Below are positions 9,884-19,385 of a DNA stretch of 64,000 bases, piece by piece. Positions within the stretch are counted from its first letter, which is position 1, and each line of letters begins with the position of its first letter. Under the pieces are notes generated by a model, which had not been told where the DNA came from, did no database searches, and saw only the letters and a program-made list of their open reading frames with translations. This DNA is from an uncultured Candidatus Poseidoniales archaeon (GTDB lineage Archaea > Thermoplasmatota > Poseidoniia > Poseidoniales > Thalassarchaeaceae): NCBI GenBank assembly GCA_964556195.1, contig CAZKVK010000001.1, positions 1,180 to 65,179 of the forward strand, written 5' to 3'. A program made the translations under genes and the position numbers.

Positions 9884-11638
9884 CTGCCAACCATCACCCT
9901 GAGTCACTCTTTACTCAACTCTATTCAAGAAGAAAATGGATCCAATTATGATGCAGAAGATTGGGTAGAAAGGTTATCTCAAATTGGATGTGTCGTAGAG
10001 GATAATGATGAAGAATCAATCGAAATAGAGGTTTTTCCAGATCGACCAGACCTTCTGAGTCATGAAACTATGGCTAGAGCAGCGAGAGCTTTCCTTGATG
10101 GAGATAGTCAACAACCATCCATCGTAACTTCAGATAGCGGTGTGATCCTGGATGTTGATTCTAGCCTAGGTTCGGTTAGGCCAATAATCATGGCTGCAAT
10201 TGTTAGAGGGGTAAACAACGGAGATACCGATGAAGAAAAAGACCTATTCATTCAATCCTTAATGGACCACCAAGAAAAATTACATCTAAGCCTAGGCCGA
10301 AGAAGGCGATTTTCATCCATCGGAGTCCATGACCTATCGACTTTGAGTCCGCCGTTCAGAGTGGTTACTGTTCCTGGAACACACTCGTTTACCCCCTTAG
10401 CAATGGATGAAAAAATGTCAATAGAGGACATACTTAGTAAACATCCAAAGGGAGTAGAATATGCTCATTTAATGGAGAATTTGGAAACTTACCCGGTGAT
10501 TTTAGACTCTAATGATGATATCCTATCTTTCCCACCAATCATTAACGGAGACAACACAACGGTAAGCGAATCGACTACAGATTTCTTCATCGACGTTACT
10601 GGCTGGGATGAAAGGGCAGTGGAAGCCTGCTTGCTGCTTGTTTGTCTTTCGTTAGCCGAGCGGGGAGGAACAATAGAACAAGTCCAGGTTAACGGTTGTG
10701 ATGGACAAGTACGATTGACCCCTAATATGGACGCGAAAGAACACAGAGTTTCTGACCGATTAATCAACCGAATTCTCGGACTAACTCTTGAGAGTGAAGA
10801 GATAGCCGCTGCTATCCAAAGAATGGGTGGAATTCTAGTGACTTCACGTGCCGTTACAGATGGAGTCAACAAAGCCGAGCGTTGGGCGGACCTAGAGGTA
10901 GGTGAACGTGAGCACGTAATTGCCATGCCACGCTGGCGATCTGACATAATGCATCCAGTTGACATCGTCGAGGATATCGCCATCGGTTATGGGTACGGGA
11001 ATATGCCCAATATTCTATCATCAGTTCACTTAGATGCGATTCCATTACCTTCTGCACACCTGCATAGAAGGGTGCGAGAAAGTTTACGCTCATTGAATCT
11101 GCAAGAAACTCAAAGCCTTACACTATCCAATGATCGTGTACAATTTGACAAAACACGATGGGTAAGGTTGGCCGAGACTACAGAATTGGCAAACCCCATA
11201 ACCATCGACCATACAATGATGCGTCAGAGAATACTTCCGAGCTTATTGCAACTTCTAGCGGCGAATAGGCACCACGAATTGCCACAACGGGTCTACGAAC
11301 TTGGCACGGTTGTTTTGAACTCTCACAATGGAACAAGAGCAGCTTGGGCTTGTGCCGAGGTGGGCGGTGGTTTCTCAGGAGCCAAGGGATTTGCACAAGC
11401 ATTGTTGAGAGATATTGGAGCAAATCTTGAGGATATCGTTTGGGAAGCAACCGCCTCAGACGATGGACCTTGGTTATCAGGCAGAGGCGCTAAGGTCTTG
11501 ATATCCGGAGAAGAAGTTGGACAAATTGGAGAAATTGACCCAGCGGTTGCCTCAGAATTTGGCCTTAGAGTGCCAATTCAAGCAGGAGATTTCGACGTCG
11601 ATGCGCTAGGCCGGCTAATTCCAGACCCAGTCCTCTGA
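9884..11638 (+). CDS. pheT: Phenylalanine--tRNA ligase beta subunit
   Basis: (L/M)PTITL..., EVFPDRPDLLS, RRRFSSIGVHDL, LSFPPIING, RSDIMHPVDIVEDIAIGYGY; frame open from CTG 9884 after SD GAGGTG (9873-9878). Confidence 0.95.
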   Translation: MPTITLSHSLLNSIQEENGSNYDAEDWVERLSQIGCVVEDNDEESIEIEVFPDRPDLLSHETMARAARAFLDGDSQQPSIVTSDSGVILDVDSSLGSVRPIIMAAIVRGVNNGDTDEEKDLFIQSLMDHQEKLHLSLGRRRRFSSIGVHDLSTLSPPFRVVTVPGTHSFTPLAMDEKMSIEDILSKHPKGVEYAHLMENLETYPVILDSNDDILSFPPIINGDNTTVSESTTDFFIDVTGWDERAVEACLLLVCLSLAERGGTIEQVQVNGCDGQVRLTPNMDAKEHRVSDRLINRILGLTLESEEIAAAIQRMGGILVTSRAVTDGVNKAERWADLEVGEREHVIAMPRWRSDIMHPVDIVEDIAIGYGYGNMPNILSSVHLDAIPLPSAHLHRRVRESLRSLNLQETQSLTLSNDRVQFDKTRWVRLAETTELANPITIDHTMMRQRILPSLLQLLAANRHHELPQRVYELGTVVLNSHNGTRAAWACAEVGGGFSGAKGFAQALLRDIGANLEDIVWEATASDDGPWLSGRGAKVLISGEEVGQIGEIDPAVASEFGLRVPIQAGDFDVDALGRLIPDPVL

Positions 11639-11648
11639 GCCGTCAATT

Positions 11649-11834
11649 TCAATCATCTTCTAAAAGCGCCATCGCATCGAGGAAGGACTTGTCTTTCAGA
11701 TGGCTTTTATCTTCAATCAAATCTTTCTGTTTATTGTCAGACTTCCTCTCATACTCAATTACCTCAGCCTTCTTCGTGATCGGCTTTGGTTCGGCGGGGG
11801 CACTTTTCTTACCGAAAGGCCACTTAGGTGCCAT
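11649..11834 (-). CDS. Small hypothetical protein (61 aa)
   Basis: ATG start, fills the gap between pheT and the next gene, N-terminal WPFGKK motif. Confidence 0.6.
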   Translation of the reverse strand: MAPKWPFGKKSAPAEPKPITKKAEVIEYERKSDNKQKDLIEDKSHLKDKSFLDAMALLEDD

Positions 11835-11928
11835 GGACGACGAACTGCACCCCAGACCATAGTTCCTTCGTTTATGCGATTCATCGAGAAAGGGCAGAAA
11901 TCAAAGCCGAGAACGATGAGCGTCTCCC

Positions 11929-14748
11929 ATGCGAGACAGGGCACTGGCCATGGCACTGATTATTGCATTACTGATTACATCTGCAGTGCCAAGCCAGTTA
12001 ATCGACGCTCCGAACCCTTCCGAATCTCCCTCAAATGATTCAGCTCTAGACCTATTATTCCTTGGAAATTCTTACACATCCAACAATCAATTAAATGTGA
12101 GAGTTAACAATTTGCTAGATGCTGCCGGATTTACGCCTGAAGTACAGGCTTTTACAAGCGGGGGGAAGACTCTTGCGTGGCATGGAGAACAAGCTGAAAC
12201 TGAGGGTTCTGAATGGTACGATGCCTTACGGACTCCTCACGATTATGTGCTATTACAGGACCAAAGCCAAGTTCCAGGATTCCCCACAAGTTCATCCTAT
12301 TGGCAAGACAGTATGCAAGGTGCTAGGATAGTAGATGATTTGGTCGATGACAATGGTGGAGATACCTTCTTCATTATGACTTGGGGTTACAGATTTGGTG
12401 ATGAGGGTAATAGTTGGAGATATCCTGACTATCAAACAATGCAACAGTATCTAGAAACTGGCTATCTAGCTTATGCAGAGAATCTATCATCAGATCAAAG
12501 ACCAGTCTTTATTGCTCCAGTTGGAATGGCATTTGAGAATATCTTTTTCTCTCTGTCTAATGCTACCGAAGATGGGACAATTTTCTCAGACTTATACGCA
12601 CCTGATGGCAAGCATCCTTCAATCCAAGGAACATATTTGGCTGCCTGTGTAATTCATGTTTCAGTGACCGGAGAATCTTCGGTGGGTTTGCCGAGCACAG
12701 GCGGAATTAATGGTTCAAGGACACTAGAGATCCAGCAATGGGCTGACCACACTGTGTTCAATACATCGGGATTAATCTACCCTTGGCAACTGGAAGATTT
12801 GGGAGTTGAATTTGGCGTGAATTCCGGTTCCATCTTCAACATAGACCCGAGTCTTACAATCGGGGTGGCGGCTAACTTTACCAATTTCGCCGAAGTAAAT
12901 ACCACTGCGCTGATTGAAATCTCCGGACCAGATGGCTGGGGTGTGTCTTGGGATTATCCTACAAGTCCAGAAGTTGGATACTCTTTCGATGCTCCAAGCG
13001 ATGTTGTACAATGGGTAGAATTTAGAGTGACTGCTCCAGAAGTTTCCGCAGGCTACCCTCTAGCAGATTCAATCCATGACTTCAGTGTGGCTTTGGTAGG
13101 GGACCATACTGGCAATCAGGATTGGTGGAATTTCTCATTGCGTTACGGTGAGTGGAAAGGGTTGCAGGTAATCGAAGGGGGAGGTGCTGCTTCAATTGAC
13201 CCAGGGGGGGTAGTAGATCTAGAATTCGTGTTACAGAACATTGGCAACTCGATTAACTCACTTGGAATAAATATCGCAGCAGTGTACGAAAATGGCTCCC
13301 CTGTTGAAACTCCTAGCCTATCTTTTGCCCATTATGGGTGGACCGCTATCGTTTACGACCGTGCAGGTTTAGAAGAGATGAATCCGGGAGAAGTCACTAC
13401 CGTTCGTATGCAAGTACAATCTCCAATATTAACCTCAGGGAAATTGGAAATGATGGTGCAATTTTGGGCGGATGGAGTAGAAGAGATTGAGAGACTAAAT
13501 CAGTCGATTATCATAGTTCCTCGATCGGGTGGAGATTTAGGCTTGACAAATGTCGACTGTATGTTCGATGTAAATCCTGGAGAAACTTGTTTCGTAGAAT
13601 TATTTATTGAAAACACTGGTGATGCAGCGTACATATTCAATCTCAGTGTAGCTGAAAAGCCTGATTGGCTAGTTGTGAATATTACAGAATATACTCGATA
13701 TTTAGGGCCCGGTCAAACCGTCCATGGAATCGATGTTTCAGCTTGGACAGCAATCGGCCTAGATGCGGGAATTACCGGAGAAGTGAGGGTAGAATTGGAA
13801 GTCGACGGTTGGGTTCCTGCTGAGGTGAGCTTTGATGTATCAATTGCCGCAGTTCATGCATGGGAGATTATTCGATCTGATGCTGAGGTGATGAATGGAA
13901 GATTGACTGGCTATTGGGAAGTAAAGAATACCGGGAATAGCCCAGACGGTCTGGTTGTAAGTGTAGAGTGTACCGATTTCACAGATTTTGGAGTGATTCC
14001 ACCAGATGGAGGAGAATCTACAAATGGTGAAGTTAGGTCATTTGAAATTCTCAATGTTCCAATAGGTAGTGCGCTCTTATTCGAAGTTTGGATGGACGTA
14101 CCTGAAGAGGTACCGGTTGCATCAAGTGCAATATTGACAGTCGAGATTCGTTCGTTCCGAGACCCATCAGTTCAACATACTGTGGAACATTCAACTCAAA
14201 TTGAAGGCGCACAGCCTAGTGAACCGACTGGACCGGATGAACCCAGTGCTTTCAGCAATTTTATGCAAAGATGGTTACAAACAATTCTAATCGTAATTGT
14301 GAGTATTGTAGGGGCCGTCGCAGTAGCCTTTGCGATACGGCACCGAATTGACGCAGACAGGGAATATTACAGAAGTAAGAATCCTGAGGTTGTTGTTGAG
14401 GAAGTCGGCGACTGGATGTCTAAATTTGAACAGAGTAATGAAGAAGAAGTTGAACTCATCCAGAGCCCAACGACGGACCTAGAATCATTTAAGCAGGAAT
14501 TCATGGATAAATCTGGAGACCACTCTAGAGAGGTTTCACCAGCACCCGAGGCAGAGATTATCGATGAGGCCGGTGATGTGCTGGACGAGGCTCAAGCAGA
14601 GGAGGCGATAATCGATGCAATCGAAATCGCAGACCAATTACAAGATAGCGACCTAATTCATCCAGATAACATAGTGCTGGACCTAGATGACTTCGATGAA
14701 AGACTGAGCTCAATCGGCAAAGATTTGCGTGATGATGAAGACCCGTGA
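11929..14748 (+). CDS. Surface-anchored SGNH/GDSL-type hydrolase (DUF4886-like) with Ig-like domains
   Basis: Signal peptide; LFLGNSYT, VLLQDQSQ, DGKHPS; NxGN beta-sandwich repeats; C-terminal TM helix and acidic tail. Confidence 0.75.
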   Translation: MRDRALAMALIIALLITSAVPSQLIDAPNPSESPSNDSALDLLFLGNSYTSNNQLNVRVNNLLDAAGFTPEVQAFTSGGKTLAWHGEQAETEGSEWYDALRTPHDYVLLQDQSQVPGFPTSSSYWQDSMQGARIVDDLVDDNGGDTFFIMTWGYRFGDEGNSWRYPDYQTMQQYLETGYLAYAENLSSDQRPVFIAPVGMAFENIFFSLSNATEDGTIFSDLYAPDGKHPSIQGTYLAACVIHVSVTGESSVGLPSTGGINGSRTLEIQQWADHTVFNTSGLIYPWQLEDLGVEFGVNSGSIFNIDPSLTIGVAANFTNFAEVNTTALIEISGPDGWGVSWDYPTSPEVGYSFDAPSDVVQWVEFRVTAPEVSAGYPLADSIHDFSVALVGDHTGNQDWWNFSLRYGEWKGLQVIEGGGAASIDPGGVVDLEFVLQNIGNSINSLGINIAAVYENGSPVETPSLSFAHYGWTAIVYDRAGLEEMNPGEVTTVRMQVQSPILTSGKLEMMVQFWADGVEEIERLNQSIIIVPRSGGDLGLTNVDCMFDVNPGETCFVELFIENTGDAAYIFNLSVAEKPDWLVVNITEYTRYLGPGQTVHGIDVSAWTAIGLDAGITGEVRVELEVDGWVPAEVSFDVSIAAVHAWEIIRSDAEVMNGRLTGYWEVKNTGNSPDGLVVSVECTDFTDFGVIPPDGGESTNGEVRSFEILNVPIGSALLFEVWMDVPEEVPVASSAILTVEIRSFRDPSVQHTVEHSTQIEGAQPSEPTGPDEPSAFSNFMQRWLQTILIVIVSIVGAVAVAFAIRHRIDADREYYRSKNPEVVVEEVGDWMSKFEQSNEEEVELIQSPTTDLESFKQEFMDKSGDHSREVSPAPEAEIIDEAGDVLDEAQAEEAIIDAIEIADQLQDSDLIHPDNIVLDLDDFDERLSSIGKDLRDDEDP

Positions 14749-14763
14749 TACACACGACAACTC

Positions 14764-15501
14764 GTGGATGGCAACTGGATCATTGGTGTAGACGAGGCAG
14801 GTAGAGGACCTGTCATCGGTCCATTGGTGGTTGCAGCATTGGCAATACCTCCTGAGGATATTAACATATTATCCAAACTAGAAGTTAAGGATTCAAAGGA
14901 AATTTCTCATAGTCAACGCCTTCTTATTTTTGACGAAATCAATCGGCATATAGAAGACGGAAGATGGAAATCAGGACTGATATTTTGTACGGCGAAGAGA
15001 ATCGATATCAATAGCATAACTTCAGATTTGAATAGCCTTGAAATCGAATTATTTTCAGAGGCTATTTCCGCAACAGGTTTGTCTTCTGATTCCGGTAAAA
15101 TTCGAGCCGATGCTTGTGATGTAAATGAGCAGCGATTCAGAAGTCGACTACAGATCTCATTGGGAGAGGACTGGAAACTCTGGAAAATTAAAGCAGAACA
15201 TGGTATGGATTCGAGAGATCTAGTTACTGGGGGCGCCTCAATTATTGCCAAAGTTTCAAGAGATTCAGCGATAGAAGAAATTTCTGCCCGAACAGGAATA
15301 GAAATTGGTTCTGGGTATCCATCGGACCAGACCACCCGAAAGGCTGTTGAGACTCTTATCTCAAATGGTAAACCGCATGACTCTCTTAGGTGGAGTTGGG
15401 CAACAGTATCGGACATTTGGCAGAAGTTTTACGGCACCCCCGTTCCAGTTCGGTCGAAGCATGGTGGTTCTGTGGTACAATCATCACTTGATGACTGGTA
15501 A
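14764..15501 (+). CDS. rnhB: Ribonuclease HII
   Basis: IIGVDEAGRGPVIGPLVV, VKDSK, ASIIAKVSRD, IGSGYPSD. Confidence 0.95.
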   Translation: MDGNWIIGVDEAGRGPVIGPLVVAALAIPPEDINILSKLEVKDSKEISHSQRLLIFDEINRHIEDGRWKSGLIFCTAKRIDINSITSDLNSLEIELFSEAISATGLSSDSGKIRADACDVNEQRFRSRLQISLGEDWKLWKIKAEHGMDSRDLVTGGASIIAKVSRDSAIEEISARTGIEIGSGYPSDQTTRKAVETLISNGKPHDSLRWSWATVSDIWQKFYGTPVPVRSKHGGSVVQSSLDDW

Positions 15502-15526
15502 GTGTGAGAAGCGTCAAATGCCTCAC

Positions 15527-15545
15527 ATCGGGCCGAAGGCCCGAT
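15527..15545. repeat. Inverted repeat ATCGGGCC-GAA-GGCCCGAT
   Basis: 8-bp perfect stem, GAA loop, ends 3 nt before the gltX ATG. Confidence 0.85.
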
Positions 15546-15548
15546 AGC

Positions 15549-17264
15549 ATGGCAGATTCCAACTGGGATTCGGAGACCGTCGAGACGGTTCGAAAGTATG
15601 CCATGCAAAATACGGTAGAGTACGATGGGGCCGGTCAGGCTGGATCTGTATTAGGTCGCCTCTTAGGTGAAAGAGCGGATTTGAGACCTCGGGCAAAGGA
15701 GCTCAAATCCTTGGTCGAACAAGAGGTAGAAACCGCGAATCAAATGGCGAAATCGAACGGAATCGAAGCGGTAAGAGAAGCTTTAGCTGCAACAAACCCT
15801 GAGGCTTTGGAAAGACAAAAACAACAGAAGAGAGTTGGTCTCAAACCTCTCCCTAATGCCGTTGATGGAAAGGTTATTTTACGATTTGCACCAAATCCCA
15901 ATGGCCCTCTTACTATTGGACACTCAAGAGGAGTTGTAATTAATTCCGAATTCGCCAAGATGTATTCCGGTAAAGTTGTCTTGCGTTACGATGATACCGA
16001 TACCAGAGTAAAACCACCTCTACCCGAAGCATATAGTTGGATTGAACAAGAATACGAATGGCTTGCTGGACGGCCTGCTGACATAATTATCCGAGCTAGC
16101 GAAAGAATGCCGATATATCATGAACATGCTAAACAAATGCTTGAATCTGGATTTGGTTACATTTGTCGGTGTAGTGCTACAGAATTCAAGAACCTAAGGG
16201 ATAACTCCCAGGCCTGCCCTTGTAGAGATAGAGGTGTGATGGATAATCTCTCCGATTGGCAGTCGATGAACGATGGTAGTATAGAAGAAGGGGGGGCAGT
16301 TGTAAGGGTCAGAACTGACCTAGATTTGCCCAATCCTGCCCTTCGTGATTGGCCAGCTTTACGGATACAACATACTCCACACCCCATGGTTGGAGACGCA
16401 TACAAGGTCTGGCCCCTACTGGATTTCCAGAGTGCCATAGAAGATCACCTTCAGGGAGTAACTCATATTGTCCGAGGTAAGGATTTGATGGATTCAACAA
16501 GGAAACAGACTCTATTGTACAATCACTTCGGATGGCGATATCCAGAAACACTCTACTGGGGGCGAGTAAAGGTCCACGAGTTTGGAGGGTTCTCTACCTC
16601 GGCAATGAGAGCAGATATCGCCGATAGTAAATTTGACGGGTGGGACGACTCTCGTTTACCTACAATTTCCGCTTTGAAGCGACGTGGTTTCGAATCTCAA
16701 GCCATACGTGATTTTTGGTTAGATCTTGGATTAACACAGAAGGACATTTCCATCTCGATGCAAACCATAGAATCGTTCAACTCGTCTGTAATCGATTCGG
16801 TTTGTGAAAGGAGATCATTCGTTCGAAATCCGAGAAATTTATCCCTTGACAGAAATGGATTTACAATACCAGAAAATCTGCAAATAGCCCGGCATCCACA
16901 CGGTGCAATTGAGGGAGTTCGTGAATGGTCGGTTTCAAAGGAATTGGTTATTGAGGACGGAGACTATGATGAACAAATCCGTTTGAAGGACTTTGCAGAT
17001 GTCTCAATTAAACAAAATGATGCGATGGTGGAGTCTTTAGAGAGGAGTGATAAGCGAGCTATTGTTCATTGGTTACCAAAAAAACAGAGCCGGATAGCGA
17101 GCCTAACTTCACCCTCAGGTGAGGGATTTAGAATCGATGATGGGCTACTCGAGAATGTCGATTTAGTCGAAGGAGCAATAGTCCAATTAGAGAGAGTCGG
17201 ATTCGCTAGAATTGAGAAAATTCCAGAAAATGGTCCTGTGGAAATGCTCTTTTTACACGGTTAG
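15549..17264 (+). CDS. gltX: Glutamate--tRNA ligase (archaeal type)
   Basis: LRFAPNPNGPLTIGHSRG (HIGH), RYDDTD, NPALRDWPALR, THIVRGKD, QLERVGFAR; start ATG 15549. Confidence 0.95.
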   Translation: MADSNWDSETVETVRKYAMQNTVEYDGAGQAGSVLGRLLGERADLRPRAKELKSLVEQEVETANQMAKSNGIEAVREALAATNPEALERQKQQKRVGLKPLPNAVDGKVILRFAPNPNGPLTIGHSRGVVINSEFAKMYSGKVVLRYDDTDTRVKPPLPEAYSWIEQEYEWLAGRPADIIIRASERMPIYHEHAKQMLESGFGYICRCSATEFKNLRDNSQACPCRDRGVMDNLSDWQSMNDGSIEEGGAVVRVRTDLDLPNPALRDWPALRIQHTPHPMVGDAYKVWPLLDFQSAIEDHLQGVTHIVRGKDLMDSTRKQTLLYNHFGWRYPETLYWGRVKVHEFGGFSTSAMRADIADSKFDGWDDSRLPTISALKRRGFESQAIRDFWLDLGLTQKDISISMQTIESFNSSVIDSVCERRSFVRNPRNLSLDRNGFTIPENLQIARHPHGAIEGVREWSVSKELVIEDGDYDEQIRLKDFADVSIKQNDAMVESLERSDKRAIVHWLPKKQSRIASLTSPSGEGFRIDDGLLENVDLVEGAIVQLERVGFARIEKIPENGPVEMLFLHG

Positions 17265-17291
17265 GGTATAATTTGGCCCCTCGTGTACACG

Positions 17292-17308
17292 CGGCGCCTA
17301 TGGCGCCG
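17292..17308. repeat. Inverted repeat CGGCGCC-TAT-GGCGCCG (ATA loop on minus strand)
   Basis: 7-bp all-GC stem just downstream of the gltX stop. Confidence 0.85.
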
Positions 17309-17381
17309 ATGTATGGAAATCAATTCCAAAGGAGTCTCATAAGGGTCGCATTCAAGGACATAAAGCGAGCCAACGGGTACT

Positions 17382-19385
17382 ATGGAGGGCCCTCAGAGGG
17401 GAGGAGTGGTGCTGGTTGTAGCACTACTAATGCTAATCAGTATACCATATTCACCAGTTGCGGCTGAGGAAGATGGATCCTGTTGCGTATCGCAGGATTT
17501 CGACCTATTTTTGCTTGGAAGCGCTGACGACGGATCGCTTTCTCCATTTGATTCTGACCTAGATGAGGAATTTGAGCAATTTGTAACTCCTTCCATTCAA
17601 GGATTGGTGGAAATTGGAACTTGGGAAATTACTTGGGGATTACAAGGAGATTACCCTGATTCGACTTGGGAATTCCGAATCCCATACGAGGTTGAATCTG
17701 CCGCTGGAATACAGATTAATGCGACAGTGGGGGTCAATATTGGTAGCACCTACTTTGAGGGAGATGCCGGTGCTGGATTATTCCTAACCAACGAGGGCGA
17801 AGTAGTGATCCCTGTGGAAGTTATAGCAGACGAAGTTCGCTCGGGTGACAGGATAAAATTGACTTTTTCAGTTCGAAGTTTATCCTTCTCCAGCCCTGGT
17901 GATGACGCCGGAATTCGCTTCGTTTGGGGTACGGATGAATTCGCTGGAAGAATATCAATGAAATTCCCCCTAGTCAGTATCGACATGAAAGAACCCAGTG
18001 TAAATGGTAGATTGGTATACTTCCCAATCCTGCTAAAGTCCGGATTTGGAGATAGGATGTGGTCAGCATCAAGCGGAGGTATGGCAGTAGCCAGCAATAC
18101 TATCCCAGATAGTCCAATAGCAACTCCAACGAATAATGGAGTAGAGGTTACATTTGCCTGGCAGATTCCTGAATCCTCAGAATCTGGAACATACGTGGTT
18201 GCATTCCATCTCACTCCACAAACTTCCCTTAGAATTGAGGCTAATCGAACCTATGATATTGGAGCAGGAGAAGATGGCTCAAACACAGGCGGATGGTATC
18301 CTGCGGTGGAACCTCTGAGGACTGGTGGGACCAATCTGCTTGTTGATGTTGAGGCTAAATTTGATGGAGATTCAGTCCAAAGAGAAGTGAAAATCGAATT
18401 TGACGGAGCTATGTCGCAATGGGTTCGTTGGGGCTTAGACAATATCGGAAACAACAGCCTATCTTCGAATAGTTGGTGGCGAAACCTACGTACTTACTCA
18501 GATAGTATTCCCAATTCAGAGTACAATAATGGACAGGTTGACGATTCAGAAATCGCAGCTCTAAACAGCCATCTCGTTGGCTCGGCTTCAGATATGAAGT
18601 CGTTCCTTGCCAATGGATTGTATTTGGATGCAGAGTCGATACTCGGAGTCAATCCCGTCAATCTTGGACCGACTGAGATTACAATCGATTTGGGTCACAC
18701 TCGAGCATTCAGTGCCGAGAGTGTGACTATTCGAATTGATACTTCTCACAAGGTAAATGCCGGTGAAAGGCAACAATTGATTGAGTCATTTATTCGACCG
18801 AGTGATGATGATTTGTACACCAAAGTTGAGTTGAAGGTAGAAATTCGCTCAACTGCTCTACAAGGACTTGGGGGGGTTGCGGCAGAAGATATTGAGGCAA
18901 AGCACCGAAGGTGGATTTTGTTAGAGATGGTTACCATCGATGAGGATGATCTAGACCCAGAGGCATCATTCCGAGTCGAGTTTGTACCAACCGGTGGTGC
19001 ACTCTACTCTCCATTAGTCTCAGCCATGGTCTCTGTCTTCATGTTAGTCTTGGCACTAGGATTGGGTATGGTAATGACAAGGAAGCGGGCAAGGGCACCT
19101 TCCATGCTTACAGTAGTTGTTCTTGGGGGGCTTTCCTTAGCATTGTATGTCTTAGGACTTGATATGCCGTTTGTCCTTGGTGTTGTAGCATCCAGCATGT
19201 TACTGGTTTTCCCTGTGGCACTAGTATCCCCTAGATCGAATTTTGCTGAGAGGGGCGATGTTGGTAAACGAGCCAGTGCCCACGTGAATTGTCCGAAGTG
19301 TGGGGAATCTAATGCCGTTGAATCAGAAGTTAGGCCACTTAGGTTGGAATGCATCGGCTGCGAATCTACCTTACGCCTAGAATAA
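17382..19385 (+). CDS. Hypothetical exported membrane protein with C-terminal TM helices and zinc ribbon
   Basis: Signal peptide, acidic ectodomain, about 3 TM helices, CPKC...CIGC tail. Confidence 0.8.
   Translation: MEGPQRGGVVLVVALLMLISIPYSPVAAEEDGSCCVSQDFDLFLLGSADDGSLSPFDSDLDEEFEQFVTPSIQGLVEIGTWEITWGLQGDYPDSTWEFRIPYEVESAAGIQINATVGVNIGSTYFEGDAGAGLFLTNEGEVVIPVEVIADEVRSGDRIKLTFSVRSLSFSSPGDDAGIRFVWGTDEFAGRISMKFPLVSIDMKEPSVNGRLVYFPILLKSGFGDRMWSASSGGMAVASNTIPDSPIATPTNNGVEVTFAWQIPESSESGTYVVAFHLTPQTSLRIEANRTYDIGAGEDGSNTGGWYPAVEPLRTGGTNLLVDVEAKFDGDSVQREVKIEFDGAMSQWVRWGLDNIGNNSLSSNSWWRNLRTYSDSIPNSEYNNGQVDDSEIAALNSHLVGSASDMKSFLANGLYLDAESILGVNPVNLGPTEITIDLGHTRAFSAESVTIRIDTSHKVNAGERQQLIESFIRPSDDDLYTKVELKVEIRSTALQGLGGVAAEDIEAKHRRWILLEMVTIDEDDLDPEASFRVEFVPTGGALYSPLVSAMVSVFMLVLALGLGMVMTRKRARAPSMLTVVVLGGLSLALYVLGLDMPFVLGVVASSMLLVFPVALVSPRSNFAERGDVGKRASAHVNCPKCGESNAVESEVRPLRLECIGCESTLRLE

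Noticed and set aside
9875..10069. pheT as a 5'-truncated pseudogene
   Set aside because: The frame is open and conserved upstream of ATG 10070; a CTG start explains it
17273..17467. 64-aa ORF between gltX and the next gene
   Set aside because: TTG start, overlaps the next CDS and a hairpin/promoter region, and has no protein features
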